Positions 1 through 10,684 of a DNA stretch of 41,190 bases are shown here, in pieces. Source of the DNA: Octopus bimaculoides (Eukaryota); contig NC_068983.1 of the NCBI RefSeq assembly GCF_001194135.2, forward strand, positions 84,596,919 to 84,638,108, in the 5' to 3' direction. A model generated the notes under the pieces. The model ran no database searches. It was not told the DNA's origin and saw only the letters and a list, made by a program, of their open reading frames with translations. Made by a program: the position numbers and the translations under genes. Numbering within the stretch: position 1 is the first letter of the stretch; each line of letters begins with the position of its first letter.

Positions 1-218
1 TTTAATTGATTTTAATCGATTTAAATTTCCTTTCTATTTGAAAATTAGTTATGAAACACGTGTAGTCATTTTATTATCTTTATCTTATGATATTTACTTT
101 GTTTTATATTACACTCATTTATTGTGCTTTTAATTATTAATTTTTCTATATGTGATAGTGGATTTTCATCGATGAGTCCTTGAAACTTGGTTCTTTTTCC
201 TAAAACTATATATCTATC

Positions 219-250
<32 letters not shown>

Positions 251-644
251 AGCGAAATCTAGCCTCTATTGGAACGTGGAACGCAAGGGGATGGATCTAA
301 GTACCGTAAGATCCAGCTCTGTGCTATTTCTACACTCCGACAATTCAATAAAAAGAAGAAAGATAATTTTAAATATCTCTTAATGCATACCAAATATTTG
401 AAGCCGAAAATGCTGTGAGAACTTGAACAAATGTTAACAACTTAACTAGATCCATAAACAGATCAAGTAACCGTTTTTTGTCGACCTCGAATAAGACAAC
501 AAACAGTTCATTACATTTGTCCAAAGTCTCGGCTAACAGCAATAAGTTTAGGTTAATATACATTTAAAATTTTCCATACTTGCTGATCAGTGCAGTAACA
601 AATAATTTAAAGAATAAAGATATTTAAGTTTGGCTAATGGGGAA

Positions 645-735
645 GTTTGCAGTCGGTTGAATCGACCCAGGCACTTGACTGGTACTTAGTTTACCCACCT
701 CAGAAGGATAATAGACGAGGTTGTCCCTGGAAGTA
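645..735 (-). mobile_element. Degenerate central fragment of SINE family A
   Basis: gtcggttgaatcgacccaggcacttgactggtactta matches the reverse of the family A core seen at 14027-14065 and 14390-14430. Confidence 0.5.
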
Positions 736-1039
736 ACTAAATCCCATAAGACATATATGTTCAGATTTAATGCAAGAAAGGTAAACTGAAAACTACAAAA
801 TCCTTGCTTTTTCTTGCGATGGAAGGATATTAGAAATGTATAAGAAAACAGATTGAACTGAGAATCGAATCCAGATCGCGAAATCACTTCATCGAAAACT
901 TAACAAAATGCACAGCAGTAAGCAGCAGAAGCAACACCAGCAGGCAACAATAGCAGGTAGTAAACAAGAAGAATATAATGATTACAAGAAAAATGTGAAT
1001 TATATAGATGCCCGAAGTTATCCCATATTTCAGTCCAGG

Positions 1040-1120
1040 CAATAATAAATGAAAAAATCTGTTCCCATCAGGAAAGATATATACTGCTACAGGTGCTGCT
1101 ACTGATGGTGCTCCAGCTGA
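1040..1120 (+). pseudogene. Possible hAT (Charlie/SPIN-like) transposase remnant
   Basis: Plus-frame translation K*KNLFPSGKIYTATGAATDGAPA resembles the hAT catalytic TDGAPAM motif; short, with no other support. Confidence 0.25.
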
Positions 1121-1127
1121 GCTGTAG

Positions 1128-1196
<69 letters not shown>
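1128..1196. repeat. (CTA)n microsatellite
   Basis: Perfect CTA run; explains the poly-Ser ORF 884-1261. Confidence 0.95.
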
Positions 1197-2162
1197 ATAT
1201 AGTAAAAATTATTTTTGTGTCTTAGATGCAGTTGAAAAGAATCGTATCGCCCTACAGTCATTCATTCCGTTATTTGTGCAACTGTTCAAATATTACAGGA
1301 ACCAACTTAACATACATTTTTTGTTCTTCCCTAATTCCTACTTTTCATTAATAATTTATAATAGTTTGTTTTTGTCAAACTGTGCGGAAACTAGAGGCTG
1401 TTTAAGAGATGTCAGACACTATAGGTGTTTCTGCTGCAGGCATTCATTGCAAACAGTTGAATCGATGTTAGCTGTTAGTTTCTGGGTGATAGTAGACATT
1501 AATTTGTGTCTTAGATGGCATATTGCATCAACTAAAGAAAGTTAAACAAAACAAAAATCACCTGACATCGAGTTCAAAGAGGTTGGAAATTGTCACGATC
1601 AGCTTTTCCCTTATGATGTTGGCATTCGTATTCATTATGTCATTTTGAATTCGCTGAGAGCTATATGTGCGTACGAACACGCACACACACACACACATGC
1701 ACACAAAGATACAGACATATAGACACGCTTGCGCATGCACACATGCACATTCATGAATATAAGCACACATGTGCTCTTGCATACCGATACATGCAATCAT
1801 ACACTCATGCTTAATTTATAAAGATGTACACATGTACTTGGAGCTATATGCACGCACGCATGCACGCACACATACACACACCTGGACATAAACACACATA
1901 TATGTTTACAAATGTGTAAACATATACAGACCTCTTGAAGCATCGACACATGCATATAAATACGTATATAAAATATTAATAAATAGATACAAAATTTTAA
2001 AATGTATCTGTACATATGAACCCCCTCCCACATATTGATATGCTTGTGTTGCATTCTTATAGAGGTCTTAATATATACATGTGTAAATATGCAATTATAC
2101 TTATGTAGTTACAAATTTACGCATACGAATTTATATGAAATAGCACAACGTGTACGCGCACC

Positions 2163-2263
2163 TTGGGCTAGTGGTTCAGATGCTGCACTCACAATCGCTA
2201 GATCATAGGTTCGATTCTCGGACCGAGCGTTGTGTTCTTGAGCAAAATATTTCATTTCGTGCT
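2163..2263 (+). mobile_element. SINE family C tRNA-derived head, 3'-truncated and fused to Tc1
   Basis: A-box-like gggctagtggtt, B-box ggttcgattctc, then gcgttgtgttcttgagcaaa as in the full copy at 32002-32329. Confidence 0.75.
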
Positions 2264-3009
2264 GTGTGAATTGGTGTATTATCATCCTGAAAGATTGCAT
2301 TTTCCCCCGGAAATAGTTCCGCAACCATAAGATGAATTTGATGAGATAAAATTCTTAAAGAGTTTTGATTATTAATTCTACCATGAACGGAAACCATTGG
2401 GCCGACGGATTTCCAAGATATAGCCCCCCAGATCATCACATATCCTCCTCCATGTTTAACAGTTGGAAGAAGACAGTTTGGGTAAAATGCTTCTTTTGGC
2501 TGTCTCCACACGTATACTCGGCTAGTTGTCAGAAATAAGGTAAAGGATGACTCGTCTGAGATAATAACATTCTTCCACTGCTATCGGGACCAATTATGTA
2601 GGTTTTTATTCCACACTAAACGCTTTGCAACGTTTGTTTTTGAAAGTAGTGGTTTTCTGATTGCAGCCCTCCCATGAAATCCGGCTTTGTGCAGCTCCCG
2701 GATAACAGTTTTTGCTGAAACTGGGTTCTCAAGGTGGTCATTAAGCTCTGCAGTAATTTTGGGAGCTGTACTTTTGTGACCCTTTCTAAAAATTCGCGTA
2801 AGAATCTGACGGTTCCTGTCTGAAAGTTTTGGTCTTCTTCTGGAGTTTTGTTTCGACGAGGAAGTTTTTCCCTCTTTCTCAAAGGCTGTCATTACTTTCG
2901 GGACAGTACTTCTTGATACACCAAACATTTCGGTTGTTTACGTTACGCTAGCGCCTGCCATACGAGCACCAACAATTTGACCTCTTTGAAAGTCCGATGA
3001 ATCTGTCAT
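2260..3009 (-). pseudogene. Tc1 transposase pseudogene (paired-like HTH, GRAAIRKP linker, first two catalytic Asp)
   Basis: One continuous frame from ATG 3009: MTDSSDFQRGQIVGARMAGASVT*TTEMFGVSRSTV...GRAAIRKPLL...WSR*QWKNVIISDESSF...TVKHGGGYVMIWGAI...IFQDDNTPIHTA. Two nonsense codons, no frameshift; D at 2554-2556 and 2281-2283; catalytic Glu region absent. Confidence 0.95.
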
Positions 3010-3198
3010 TTTAATGAATTTTAATTACCTTTTTCTGATGATATCTGAAAAGAAATAGCAATTTTAGGAATACATATTAAGCAACACTAATAATAAATCA
3101 AGAAACATAAAAATAAGCAAGCTTTTGACGGTTTTATAGATATTTCAAAATTATGATGCTATGATGCTAGGTGTTTCCATTATTTTGTCCAACCCCTG
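2260..3198 (-). mobile_element. Tc1-family DNA transposon, left end intact, 3'-truncated
   Basis: Minus-strand terminus CAGGGGTTGGACAAAATAATGGAAACACC starts at 3198 next to TA (3199-3200); transposase frame follows. Confidence 0.95.
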
Positions 3199-3204
3199 TA
3201 TATA

Positions 3205-3239
<35 letters not shown>

Positions 3240-3859
3240 NNNNNNNNNNNNNNNNNNNNNNNNNNNNNNNNNNNNNNNNNNNNNNNNNNNNNNNNNNNNN
3301 NNNNNNNNNNNNNNNNNNNNNNNNNNNNNNNNNNNNNNNNNNNNNNNNNNNNNNNNNNNNNNNNNNNNNNNNNNNNNNNNNNNNNNNNNNNNNNNNNNNN
3401 NNNNNNNNNNNNNNNNNNNNNNNNNNNNNNNNNNNNNNNNNNNNNNNNNNNNNNNNNNNNNNNNNNNNNNNNNNNNNNNNNNNNNNNNNNNNNNNNNNNN
3501 NNNNNNNNNNNNNNNNNNNNNNNNNNNNNNNNNNNNNNNNNNNNNNNNNNNNNNNNNNNNNNNNNNNNNNNNNNNNNNNNNNNNNNNNNNNNNNNNNNNN
3601 NNNNNNNNNNNNNNNNNNNNNNNNNNNNNNNNNNNNNNNNNNNNNNNNNNNNNNNNNNNNNNNNNNNNNNNNNNNNNNNNNNNNNNNNNNNNNNNNNNNN
3701 NNNNNNNNNNNNNNNNNNNNNNNNNNNNNNNNNNNNNNNNNNNNNNNNNNNNNNNNNNNNNNNNNNNNNNNNNNNNNNNNNNNNNNNNNNNNNNNNNNNN
3801 NNNNNNNNNNNNNNNNNNNNNNNNNNNNNNNNNNNNNNNNNNNNNNNNNNNNNNNNNNN
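3240..3859. other. Assembly gap (N run)
   Basis: N run flanked by (TA)n. Confidence 1.
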
Positions 3860-3906
3860 AATATATAAACATATGCATATATTCATACATATATGTATAC
3901 ATTTTC

Positions 3907-3944
<38 letters not shown>

Positions 3945-3959
3945 GCTCACATGTATTTG

Positions 3960-4110
3960 CATGTTTACGATGGGCTTCCACACAATTTTCGACATAAATT
4001 TTACTCGCAAAATATTTGTCAGCCCTAAACAATGAGAGAATACATTTGCATCAGACCAATGCGTCATGCAAAGATCGAACCGGGAACCAGAAACAACGTG
4101 GTTTTGACAT
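3960..4110 (-). mobile_element. Old SINE family B 5' half
   Basis: acgatgggcttccacacaatttt...gatcgaaccgggaacc matches the reverse of the 34437-34595 copy. Confidence 0.6.
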
Positions 4111-5299
4111 GAATTTCTATTCTCAATTTGTGTAGGAAAATACATTTAATCTTAGCGTAAGTGAAATTTTGGAGGAAAACTGAAAGATTAATGAGAAAAT
4201 TTATAGCTTACAACTTGGGAAAAGTCAATTCAATTTAAGCTTTCGCCAATAGGACTAACGTCACTAGCTAACACAGCTAATTGCGAAGATATTATTCAAA
4301 ATACCGTTAGAATACACCTAGTTGTGAAAAAAACTAACCGGGCAATCAACAGGGGCGATAATTATGGAAGTTACCATTCAATATATGCATTACAGAATCA
4401 TGTGTATGACATGGGTATGAAAACATATTTAATCATATTGTAAGGAGCATGTTGAAAATAGAAGCGAAACTCAGGTTGAAGGTAAATGTTAATCAGCCTG
4501 AGAATCAAATTTAGATTTAGTTGAAATATTCGTCAAGTAAACAATCTGTTGTGGAGTTGGCATATTATCTTGTTCGCTTGTTATCTAAACGTTTACATAA
4601 TCTTTATTTCCATGAGCAGTTTACAGAATTCCTTGTGCTGTTTACAATGGGATATACAGATAGAAATACAGACAGACAGATATAGATAAATAGAGCTAAC
4701 TAGCTTGCTACATAAACGGAAGAGTGTGTGTATTCATGACCTTAGGTAAGTCACCTGATTGTTGCAAGATCTCTCTTCAAATTAATATTTGCACACTGTA
4801 TGGTGATATTTGTTACAATAATTTGTTTTGGCATCAAAATGACCAAATTTGTTGTTCTCCTTTATTAAATTGTCTTCATTCATTTCTATATTGATTTGAT
4901 AAAGGAGGTTCCCCTTCCCCAAATCCAAACAAACTTGCAGAATACACAAAGTACTTTTGTAAGGTAGCTACTATGCGTAATAAATTTACGCTACATATCG
5001 ATTAAAATTTCTCTCAGCCTAGACAAGCAGCAGAGGTCTTCTATTTTACAAACTTAGATATATATTTGTCACAGAAATTCTGAGTTGCTCAAGTACTAGT
5101 ATCCCTATTGATAAGGAGATTTGTGTAAGTGGAACTCTACTGTTTTGCATTCAGCTCCGAATTGCTTTTGATAGAAAGTTCTTGCCAAGCAAAACGATTA
5201 GATTAGAAAGAACATAAATAAAACTGTACCAATCCCACTGAATAACGTAGTCATAGAAACACACTACTTAAGCATGCTAGCAACAGCAGTAGTAATTGT

Positions 5300-5517
5300 A
5301 ATAATCCTTTTCTACTATAACCACAAGGCCTGAAATTCTGTTGAATGAGGTAACTCGATTACATCGACTCTAGTGCTCGGTAGGTACTTATTTTATCGAT
5401 TCCGAAAGAATGAAATGCAAAGTCGACCTCGGCGGGATTTGAACTCAGACTGTAAAGACAGACGAAATGTCGCTAAGCATTTTGTCCAGCGTGGTAACGA
5501 CCTTGCTTGCTCACCGG
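5300..5517 (-). mobile_element. SINE family A, near full length
   Basis: Reverse of the head (gctaagcattttgtcc), B-box (tttgaactcag), aagtcgacctcggcgg core and cacaaggcc tail. Confidence 0.85.
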
Positions 5518-6635
5518 ACAGTGCAAGAATATGGTACAAAATATAGGAAGAGACAGTTTGTAAAACTCCCTTTCCTTATATTTTTCACCCTCCCCCACAA
5601 AACAGCTGATTATTTTAATCAAACAGAAGCCAGTTTTGTGCATTGGTTTATTATGTATATTTTCTTTTAATTTTCCCATCCAACATGTATCTCTTCCCCA
5701 CCCGACTCTATGAAAATTACTACAGAAGACGAGAATTTATTTAACGAGTTTCTATTAGATCTTTGCATCAGACATATTTCTACTTACTGATGATGCATTC
5801 TCTCTTATTTATATTCAGTTCCGACAATGACTTTGTTTTGAAATTGTGTTTTGAAACACATTTTCAATATCTTTTCATATAAGTACTGTACTTTTCCTAA
5901 TAATCTATTTCTTTAAAAAATCACGACCCTTCTAAACATAGCGCCTCACATAGTCATTTGTCATTCTCTTGAGAGCTCACAGTCAGCCGGAACACGAGCC
6001 ACTGACTTAGTGAGCTTCTCATCAGGTGTTGCGAATCTATGCTTATCTGAGAATGTCTAATAACACTGAAACACATCTAGAGTTGTCTCTTGTACATGCA
6101 GAAGTGATTAAAATAACATTAGTCATTGAATATTGCTTTTTTCATCATCACATAAGTATTTATAATTAGATATTTGATACTCTCTCCATTAAATATGTTG
6201 GCATTCGTTTAACTAATATATCGTTCGTCAACTTCAAAATTCCAACGTTTATACAGTTTGCGTTATTACCCCCATGCACCCGAAAGTTAATTACGCTTCT
6301 GCATCAAGTAATCATTTTATTATGAATTATAACTAGTGCAAGGACACGATTTTGTTGGGAACATGAGTGTGTGAGTGTGTGTGAGTGTGTGTGTGTGAAT
6401 GCGTATTTGTGTGTGTGTATGTGAGTGTGTGTGTGTGTACATGTGTGTGAATGTATATGTATACACATATACATGCATACATATAAGGCACCATTCGAAA
6501 GCTACAATAATACGAGGAAGCGCATTGTGACCAGCGGTGTTTAGCAATACCCAAAAGTATGGTCGATACAGTGATATGTGTGTGTGTGTATGTGTGTGTG
6601 TGTATATATGTGTATATATATATATATATATATAA

Positions 6636-6864
6636 TTTTTTATCTTTTACTTGTTTCAGTCATTAGACTGCAGTCATGCTAGGGCGTCATCTTGAAGAAT
6701 TTTAATCGGACGAATCGATCCCAGTGGTGATTTTTAAAAAAGCATGCTACTTTATTCTATCGGTCACTTTTGCCGAACTGCTAAGTTATGGGGCTCTAAG
6801 CACACCAATACCGGTTGTCAAATGGTGGTGGAGGACAAATACAGACACAAAGACAGACAGGCAG

Positions 6865-6908
<44 letters not shown>

Positions 6909-6964
6909 GACGGGCTTCTGTTAGCTTTCCACTCACAAGGCTTCGGACGGCACGAGGCTATACT
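6636..6964 (-). mobile_element. SINE family B, lacking the tRNA head, with internal (CA)n
   Basis: tatcttttacttgtttcagtcattagactgc tail, internal microsatellite and gacgggcttc segment as in 34437-34860. Confidence 0.85.
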
Positions 6965-6994
6965 ATTGGAAGTTGTTGTTGACAAACAACGGCA

Positions 6995-7175
6995 GTAATT
7001 TTATTCAGCTGAATACACGTCACTGATTGGTTGAAATTACCGAAGTACGACAACTTTAACACGAAATAACTTTGAAAATACAAACTTTTCTCAACAGCAC
7101 TAAGAGTAAAAGATGTTTTATATAACACATTCTACCAGTGTCCGAAGTTTGAAAGTGTTTAGTTACAAAAAAATA
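6995..7175 (-). repeat. Unclassified interspersed repeat E (likely DNA-transposon derived)
   Basis: Reverse complement aligns with 19920-20045 (aaacacttt.aaactt.g.acactggtagaatg.gt.atataaaacatcttt..ctcttag...gttaaagttgtcgt). Confidence 0.7.
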
Positions 7176-8274
7176 ATTTCTCGATGTGCGGTTCAAAGGG
7201 TAAAGATCCGAAAACCACAATAATATGACATTTATTGACATAGTGAATTATTTAGATAATCTCTGTGTGTGTGTGTGTGTGTGTGTGTGCATGATTTAGT
7301 AACAACAGATATTATTTATGGAAACTGGAATTACTTCCAGACAAACATGAATTTGTTGAATATACATACAGACAGATGTATACATAAACCCCGCTCGAGA
7401 AAATAAAAAACAAGAGCAAAGTTTATGTACCATTCCCAAAACCGGCATTCCTTTAATCTGGTTGCAACAAAACAAAAACTATTAGACACGCTTGATTAAC
7501 TGTCCTCTTAATCACAGCACTCTATCTAAAGAGTCATCCAACATTTTGGTCGTTCACACAAGTTCATAGCAGATGGCTACAACTTCCTGCACCAATATTG
7601 TAACATTAATGTATTTTTATACTGAAAAAAATTGTGCATAGTTTTAATGCTTGTTCTTCAAAGATAGCTTCTAGAATTTCTAGAATTTCGTTTGACAGTA
7701 TTTTCTCTTAGTCACTGCGTTCTATGATAACAGTCAACGAACCAACAGTAAATTTTCGGTTGTTCACACAGCAGCCGCAATTTCATCGTATAAACATACC
7801 GATAATAAAGTTAGGTTACTCTGTGCCCTCAAAAGTTCAGCATTACATGTACAGAACTCCGAGAGAACACGTTAAGAAATATGACAAGTTAAAAGACAGA
7901 AAAAAAATAATGTTAAACAAGAACACGGATTGCAGTTTTAATGAAATGTGATAATCCCTTGTGAGTAACGCTTTTTACCATTTACCTAATATACTCACAC
8001 CTGTTGATAATAGATGTCAACAACTTCTGGTATGGGTGCCAATATTGGAACAGCAAGACATTTTTACACGCAAGGAATTGTGGAATATTTTTCATGTTTT
8101 TCCTACTCTTTAAAGACAGTGCATGTCAGTGTTCGGTAAAGTCCCTTGGGAGACGATGGAAAACTTTATATGGGTACTAAGAACAAATGAATGTAGTAGG
8201 GGGAGGGAGTCAATTTTTCTTTAAAATCTTTAAAAAATGATTTCAATTTTTATTCTATGCACAAATTGTTTGGT

Positions 8275-8345
8275 AATATTGATTACAAATTTTTGGCACA
8301 AGGTCAACAGTATCAGGGGAAAGGATAAGTCGCCTCGACCCGTCT
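8275..8345 (-). mobile_element. SINE family A 3' tail fragment, inverted relative to the adjacent full copy
   Basis: aatattgattacaaatttttggcacaagg is the reverse complement of cttgtgccaaaatttgaaatcaatatt at 8561-8587. Confidence 0.65.
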
Positions 8346-8367
8346 GCTCATATTAGTGGTTGATACT

Positions 8368-8587
8368 AAGGCGGCGAGCTGGCAGAATTGTTAGCACGCT
8401 GAGCAAAATTCTTAGCGGTATTTCATCCGTCTTTACGTTCTGAGTTCAAATTCTGCCGAGTTCGAATTTACCATTCATCCTTTCGGGGTCGACAAAATAA
8501 GTACAAGTTGAACACTAGGGTCTATGTAATCGACTAATTCTCTTCCCCAATTTCGCTGGTCTTGTGCCAAAATTTGAAATCAATATT
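8368..8587 (+). mobile_element. SINE family A, full length
   Basis: aaggcggcgagctggcagaa head (A-box), gagttcaaattc B-box, catcctttcggggtcga core, cttgtgcc tail. Confidence 0.9.
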
Positions 8588-8720
8588 CATGGCACGAGTT
8601 AATGTGTGTGTATATATCAGAGTGGTATAGTTTGCACGAAGCATTGTCTAATATAGATAAACGTTTTTAATTTTTTAAAGCTAAACAATACAAGTTATAA
8701 GAAATAATATAAGTTGATAC

Positions 8721-8853
8721 GATATTTTGGGGTTGACCCTTATTCAAGAATATTCTGGGATAGGGTATTGTGAGCTTACTTCTCTAGGAAGTTAGCTCAC
8801 AACACTATATCTCCGAAGGTTTCCTGGATATGGGACCCTAACCCCGAAATATT
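8721..8853. mobile_element. Small, fully palindromic MITE-like element (old)
   Basis: gatattttggggtt...aaccccgaaatatt termini; inner stem gtattgtgagct-tacttc/gaagt-tagctcacaacac. Confidence 0.6.
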
Positions 8854-9153
8854 GAAATACAAATACAAACCATCAACTTGTATTATTTCCTAAAACTCAC
8901 TCTGTTTTGGCTAAAAAAAATTAAAATTTAAAAACTTTAAAACATGTGTGTGTGTGCATGCATGTACGATTCCGAGACTGGTTGAAAGAAGTTATCCTCA
9001 AACTGGAGACTTTGCCCGAATGGTTGCTTGTAAAAATGTGGTCTCCGATTAAGACATCCAGGAGACCGGCTGTGTGTTAAACAGGACAATGGATGAAGTC
9101 TTTCTCCCAAATATATGAACGGTACTTCGGAGACGCTTCCACACATTTTTTGT

Positions 9154-9193
<40 letters not shown>

Positions 9194-9382
9194 GCAATGA
9201 GAAAATGGAGGAGAATATGCGGTATCCATCGACTTGCAGACAATGTATTCTGTTGATTAATTTGTTTATTTTATAACTAAAATGACAAAAACCACAATAT
9301 ACAGAAGCTTATGACATACCATCTCATATTAACAATTAAGGTTACAGATATAAAGTACATTTAGCAATTGGAGAATGTACAG

Positions 9383-9516
9383 AAACTTACAGCTGTTTCG
9401 GCCTAGCGTTTACATGTCCCATTCTATCTTTATAGCTCCTGTGCGCCGAAGTAATTAGCAGATGAAAATTATGTAATGGGGGTACATGCATGATTCGCTA
9501 GGCTTCTTCAGAGATT
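9383..9516 (-). ncRNA. Type I hammerhead-ribozyme-like motif with extended stem II
   Basis: Minus strand: aatct CTGAAGA(9511-9505) a GCCTAGC ... GCTAGGC c GAAAC(9399-9395) agct GTA(9390-9388) agttt. Perfect 7-bp stem II, palindromic ACAGCTGT stem III; deviations are A.C at 10.1-11.1 and one stem I mismatch. Confidence 0.7.
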
Positions 9517-9789
9517 TACAAAATTCAATACAAATATAAAATAAGAATAAAGTAAAAAATCAAAATAAATGAAAAATGAAAACATAAAATAGCCTACAAA
9601 CAGTATATAAAACCATATAAATAGCTATAAACACTCCAATACACATGCCTGTGCCTGTGTACATAACCATACGTAGATATCTATGGATACAAAAGCATAG
9701 ATAGATGAGTACATATGTGTGTCCAGATGCACATACCCAGCTGGCTGCACATGCACACCAAAATAGTCAACAGTCACTGCCACCACATT

Positions 9790-9922
9790 ATATTTGACTC
9801 GCAAACTTTGGTTAACTAGAGGATATGCTGGGAAACTCTTCTCCACGGGACTGCATTATGAAATCGAACCTGAAACCACAGAGTTGCAAAGCAAATGTTT
9901 TAATCGTACAGCCATACCTACA
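9790..9922 (-). mobile_element. Old SINE family B 5' half
   Basis: aaatcgaacctgaaaccacagagttgcaaagc...cgtacagccatacct matches the reverse of the B head. Confidence 0.6.
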
Positions 9923-10617
9923 CCCATATATACAATTGTCTGGCGAATAGTACGGGGTTATAAAAATTATTGAAATGAAATCACCTTACTATTCAAATAG
10001 TACAAATAATTTAATAACAGAATAATAACCGCTTTTTTGGAAGCCAATAAATAACACATGGAATATATTAAATACTGCGAAAATTCATTTAGAGCAAATA
10101 AGTTTTCTCAAACAAATTCCTAATCTATGGTTTGCTGTGATGTATAATATCGTAATAAACTATGTTATACTACGCTATTTGCTTACCTCTTCCGAACATC
10201 TCACCGGATTCATAAATATAATTACAAACAAACAAACAAGCAAAGTTGTTTTTTTTTCCCCCAACATCATTTTGTGTAAACAGCTTGTGCAAGAGATATC
10301 TTATTCCATCGTTTATTCATAGAGAAGCAACCCAGAAATATACCAATGGTAAACGTCACCTGCTCTGCCAAAAGACAAGCTATCTACCCAGGAATAGATT
10401 TCAAATCTCGCTCTTATTTTCAATTTAACAATCTGTTATAGCAGGTAAAACATATTACGCAGTTAAAAAGAAGATTGTGTTGTTTAGTATATTGATATGT
10501 ATTATACAATTCTAACAAAGGAAATTTTAGCGATTGATTCAGGGTACTTAAACAGTAAAATGAAGGCATAGCAATAGATTTTTGAGTGAAAAAAATGCTC
10601 TGAGCTTAAGCCTTTCT

Positions 10618-10658
<41 letters not shown>

Positions 10659-10684
10659 NNNNNNNNNNNNNNNNNNNNNNNNNN
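10659..10684. other. Assembly gap (N run)
   Basis: Short N run between (CA)n and (TC)n. Confidence 1.

Noticed and set aside
3161-4028. Long ORFs of 194-332 aa spanning N runs (also 17027-18292, 26799-27706, 29283-30075, 39031-39750)
   Set aside because: Open only because N translates to X; the flanks are microsatellite
4740-5260. Possible R4/NeSL-like LINE remnant on the minus strand
   Set aside because: Only scattered 3-4 residue resemblances; I could not build an ordered motif series
7712-7960. Apparent exon (ttag acceptor, gtgagt donor) containing the 75-aa ORF
   Set aside because: All three frames have stops before the donor and no protein family is recognisable
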